Virus record (IMG/VR): IMGVR_UViG_3300020044_004166
Coordinates: 1 to 36,975 of that record
Reading direction: 5' to 3' (one strand)
DNA: 36,975 nucleotides
Source: a virus
Taxonomy: Duplodnaviria > Caudoviricetes
Within the stretch, counting starts at the first letter, position 1, and each line of letters opens with the position of its first letter. A program made the translations under genes and the position numbers. This document shows, piece after piece, positions 35,344 through 36,975 of the stretch. The notes beneath the pieces were generated by a model. That model was not told the DNA's origin. It worked only from the letters and a program-made list of their open reading frames with translations, and ran no database searches.

Positions 35344-36632
35344 AAGGATTTGAAGCAATAGACACAGAGCAAGCCCTGCTAGGCTTGATGATGGTTAACC
35401 CTAACACCATAGCAACTTGCCAATGGTTGAATGATGATGATTTTGCCGAGCCTTTGCATGGTAGGCTATTTGCTACTATTATGCTGCAATACTCGCAGGG
35501 ATTAGAGCCAACACCTTTTACACTTGCCAGAAAATTTGAGAATGACCCAGCCTTTGAGAATGTTGAAGGGAAAAAATATCTTTTTAACTTAGCTAAAATG
35601 GCGGTTAAGATGACTGATGTAGCTGGTTCAGCAAAAGAGCTACGTGAATGCGCCACTAAACGAAATCTTTTAAGTGTATGCCAACAGACTGTGGCTAAGT
35701 TGCAAGAAGTTAGCGGTGTAGATGATGAGCCTGAGAAGCATCTCAATGACATCTTGAGCAAATTAGACGGCTTGCAAGACAATTATATGGAAAAACGCTT
35801 AGTAAGCAGCCAGCAGGTAGTAGCTGAAATTGTAGAAAGCTTTAAAAAGCAATCAAACATTTATGATACAGGATTCAAGAGCCTTAATGCGGCAATGGGC
35901 GGCGGACTTATACAAGGGCGTAGCTATGGCATAGGCGCGCGTATGAAAATGGGCAAGACGGCATTACTTGCAACTCTTGCACAAAATCTTAACCGCAATG
36001 GCGTAAATGTTCTTTATGTTGCGCTTGAAATGGGTAGCGAACAGATTATGCAAAGGATTCTAGGGCGTGAACTTGGCATTAACCCAAATGAGTTTTTAAA
36101 GAAGCAGGATAAAGCTTTTCATGAAAGGGTTGCAGGAAAGCACAGAGATATGCCAGACAATCTTTATTTCTTGGATATGGCAGGCGTTGAGTTTATAAGA
36201 CTTAAAACCATGCTTAAAAGCTTTGTGCGTAGAAAAAAGATTCAAGTTGTGATTATAGACTATTGGCAACTTATAGGCGGAAAGGACAGCCGCCAGAATG
36301 AAGCGGGGCATCTTGATATGGTTGCACAATGGATTGCAGAGTTTAGCAAAAGCGAGAAAGTGGCATCAATAACAGCTTCGCAGATTAACCAGCAAGGCAA
36401 CACCAGAGGCGGCGAAGGCATAAAGCTAGCCTTTGACCAAGTATATGCTTTGCAGGATTGTGAAGCTCCAGAGGGAGAGTATCGCTACTTAGAGATGATG
36501 TCCACACGTTACACGCAATGGCTATCACTTGGCACAAAACAGCAGCCGTCATTTTTTATTGAGCCTAATGGTGTTTATTTTAGAGAATGTAGCCAGCCAC
36601 AAACACAAATGCGAGAGATTACCCATGTTTAA
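35340..36632 (+). CDS. dnaB: Replicative DNA helicase, DnaB family
   Basis: EQALLG N-domain, Walker A GARMKMGKT, LEMG, IIDYWQLI, SQIN. Confidence 0.92.
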   Translation: MKGFEAIDTEQALLGLMMVNPNTIATCQWLNDDDFAEPLHGRLFATIMLQYSQGLEPTPFTLARKFENDPAFENVEGKKYLFNLAKMAVKMTDVAGSAKELRECATKRNLLSVCQQTVAKLQEVSGVDDEPEKHLNDILSKLDGLQDNYMEKRLVSSQQVVAEIVESFKKQSNIYDTGFKSLNAAMGGGLIQGRSYGIGARMKMGKTALLATLAQNLNRNGVNVLYVALEMGSEQIMQRILGRELGINPNEFLKKQDKAFHERVAGKHRDMPDNLYFLDMAGVEFIRLKTMLKSFVRRKKIQVVIIDYWQLIGGKDSRQNEAGHLDMVAQWIAEFSKSEKVASITASQINQQGNTRGGEGIKLAFDQVYALQDCEAPEGEYRYLEMMSTRYTQWLSLGTKQQPSFFIEPNGVYFRECSQPQTQMREITHV

Positions 36633-36777
36633 ACCGCTTAACGAAATAATAGAGGAGCTAGTGAAATGTATAGAGTTAGATTTTTTAACAGGGCAACAGG
36701 CGAAAGTATTTACAGAAACTACAAATGGCTTGATGAATACCAAATTACCGCTATTGCCAGAAGGAAAAAATGGATAG
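36625..36777 (+). CDS. Small hypothetical protein
   Basis: ATG 36625 overlapping dnaB stop (MFKPLNEIIEELV...). Confidence 0.45.
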   Translation: MFKPLNEIIEELVKCIELDFLTGQQAKVFTETTNGLMNTKLPLLPEGKNG

Positions 36778-36825
36778 TGGCAAAAATATCACGTGAGCTA
36801 TAAAATGAAAATAGTTGTTTTTTGT

Positions 36826-36866
36826 GTAAACTAAGTGTTGACACCCTTATTCTTATGCACTACACT
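36826..36866 (+). promoter_or_regulatory. Sigma70 promoter with overlapping operator-like site
   Basis: TTGACA (36838-36843), 17 bp, TACACT; GTAAAC-N5-GTTGAC at 36826-36842. Confidence 0.7.
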
Positions 36867-36897
36867 ACAAAGACTAACCAATAGGGAGAATGAGAGA

Positions 36898-36975
36898 ATG
36901 ACAGTAAATCACGTAACACTTGAAGAATTTAATGAAATAGCAAACTTGTTAAATGAAAGAGCTTGTTTAATTCTA
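36898..36975 (+). CDS. Partial ORF running off the window
   Basis: MTVNHVTLEEFNEIANLLNERACLIL..., downstream of promoter and GAGAG. Confidence 0.5.
   Translation, partial: MTVNHVTLEEFNEIANLLNERACLIL

Noticed and set aside
36898-36975. Circular junction with position 1
   Set aside because: Joining gives a stop after four codons and does not continue the frame-3 ORF at the window start; no terminal repeat seen.

Overview
Near-complete genome of a small tailed dsDNA phage (podovirus) of a Gram-negative host. The + strand late block (924-24922) has BPP-1/T7-type morphogenesis order: terS, terL, GNAT, portal, scaffold, major capsid, two accessory head proteins, tail tubular A/B, four internal-virion (ejection) proteins, tail fibre, a LamG-repeat receptor-binding protein, then holin, spanins and a DUF5675 lysin candidate. 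A convergent - strand early operon (33620-25377) carries ERF, NinB, a 3'-5' exonuclease, an SSB-like protein, an XRE regulator, four HNH-type nucleases and many small ORFs. A + strand replication block (33724-36632) has Cro-like, RusA, Ref-like, a lambda-O-like initiator with internal iterons, and DnaB. I saw no integrase, CI-type repressor, DNA/RNA polymerase, tRNA or CRISPR. The most unusual content is non-coding: (i) a ~280-nt multi-stem RNA with its own near-consensus sigma70 promoter between the convergent operons; (ii) a structured capsid-gene leader with two identical asymmetric internal loops; (iii) a C4/CI-like cloverleaf whose loops are complementary to the RBS of the replication initiator; (iv) a 17-bp operator-like motif at three promoters. 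Also notable: a GNAT domain inside an ejection protein and a probable ACG start codon. All protein calls come from motif recognition and synteny, and all RNA structures were paired by eye; no database search or folding program was run.
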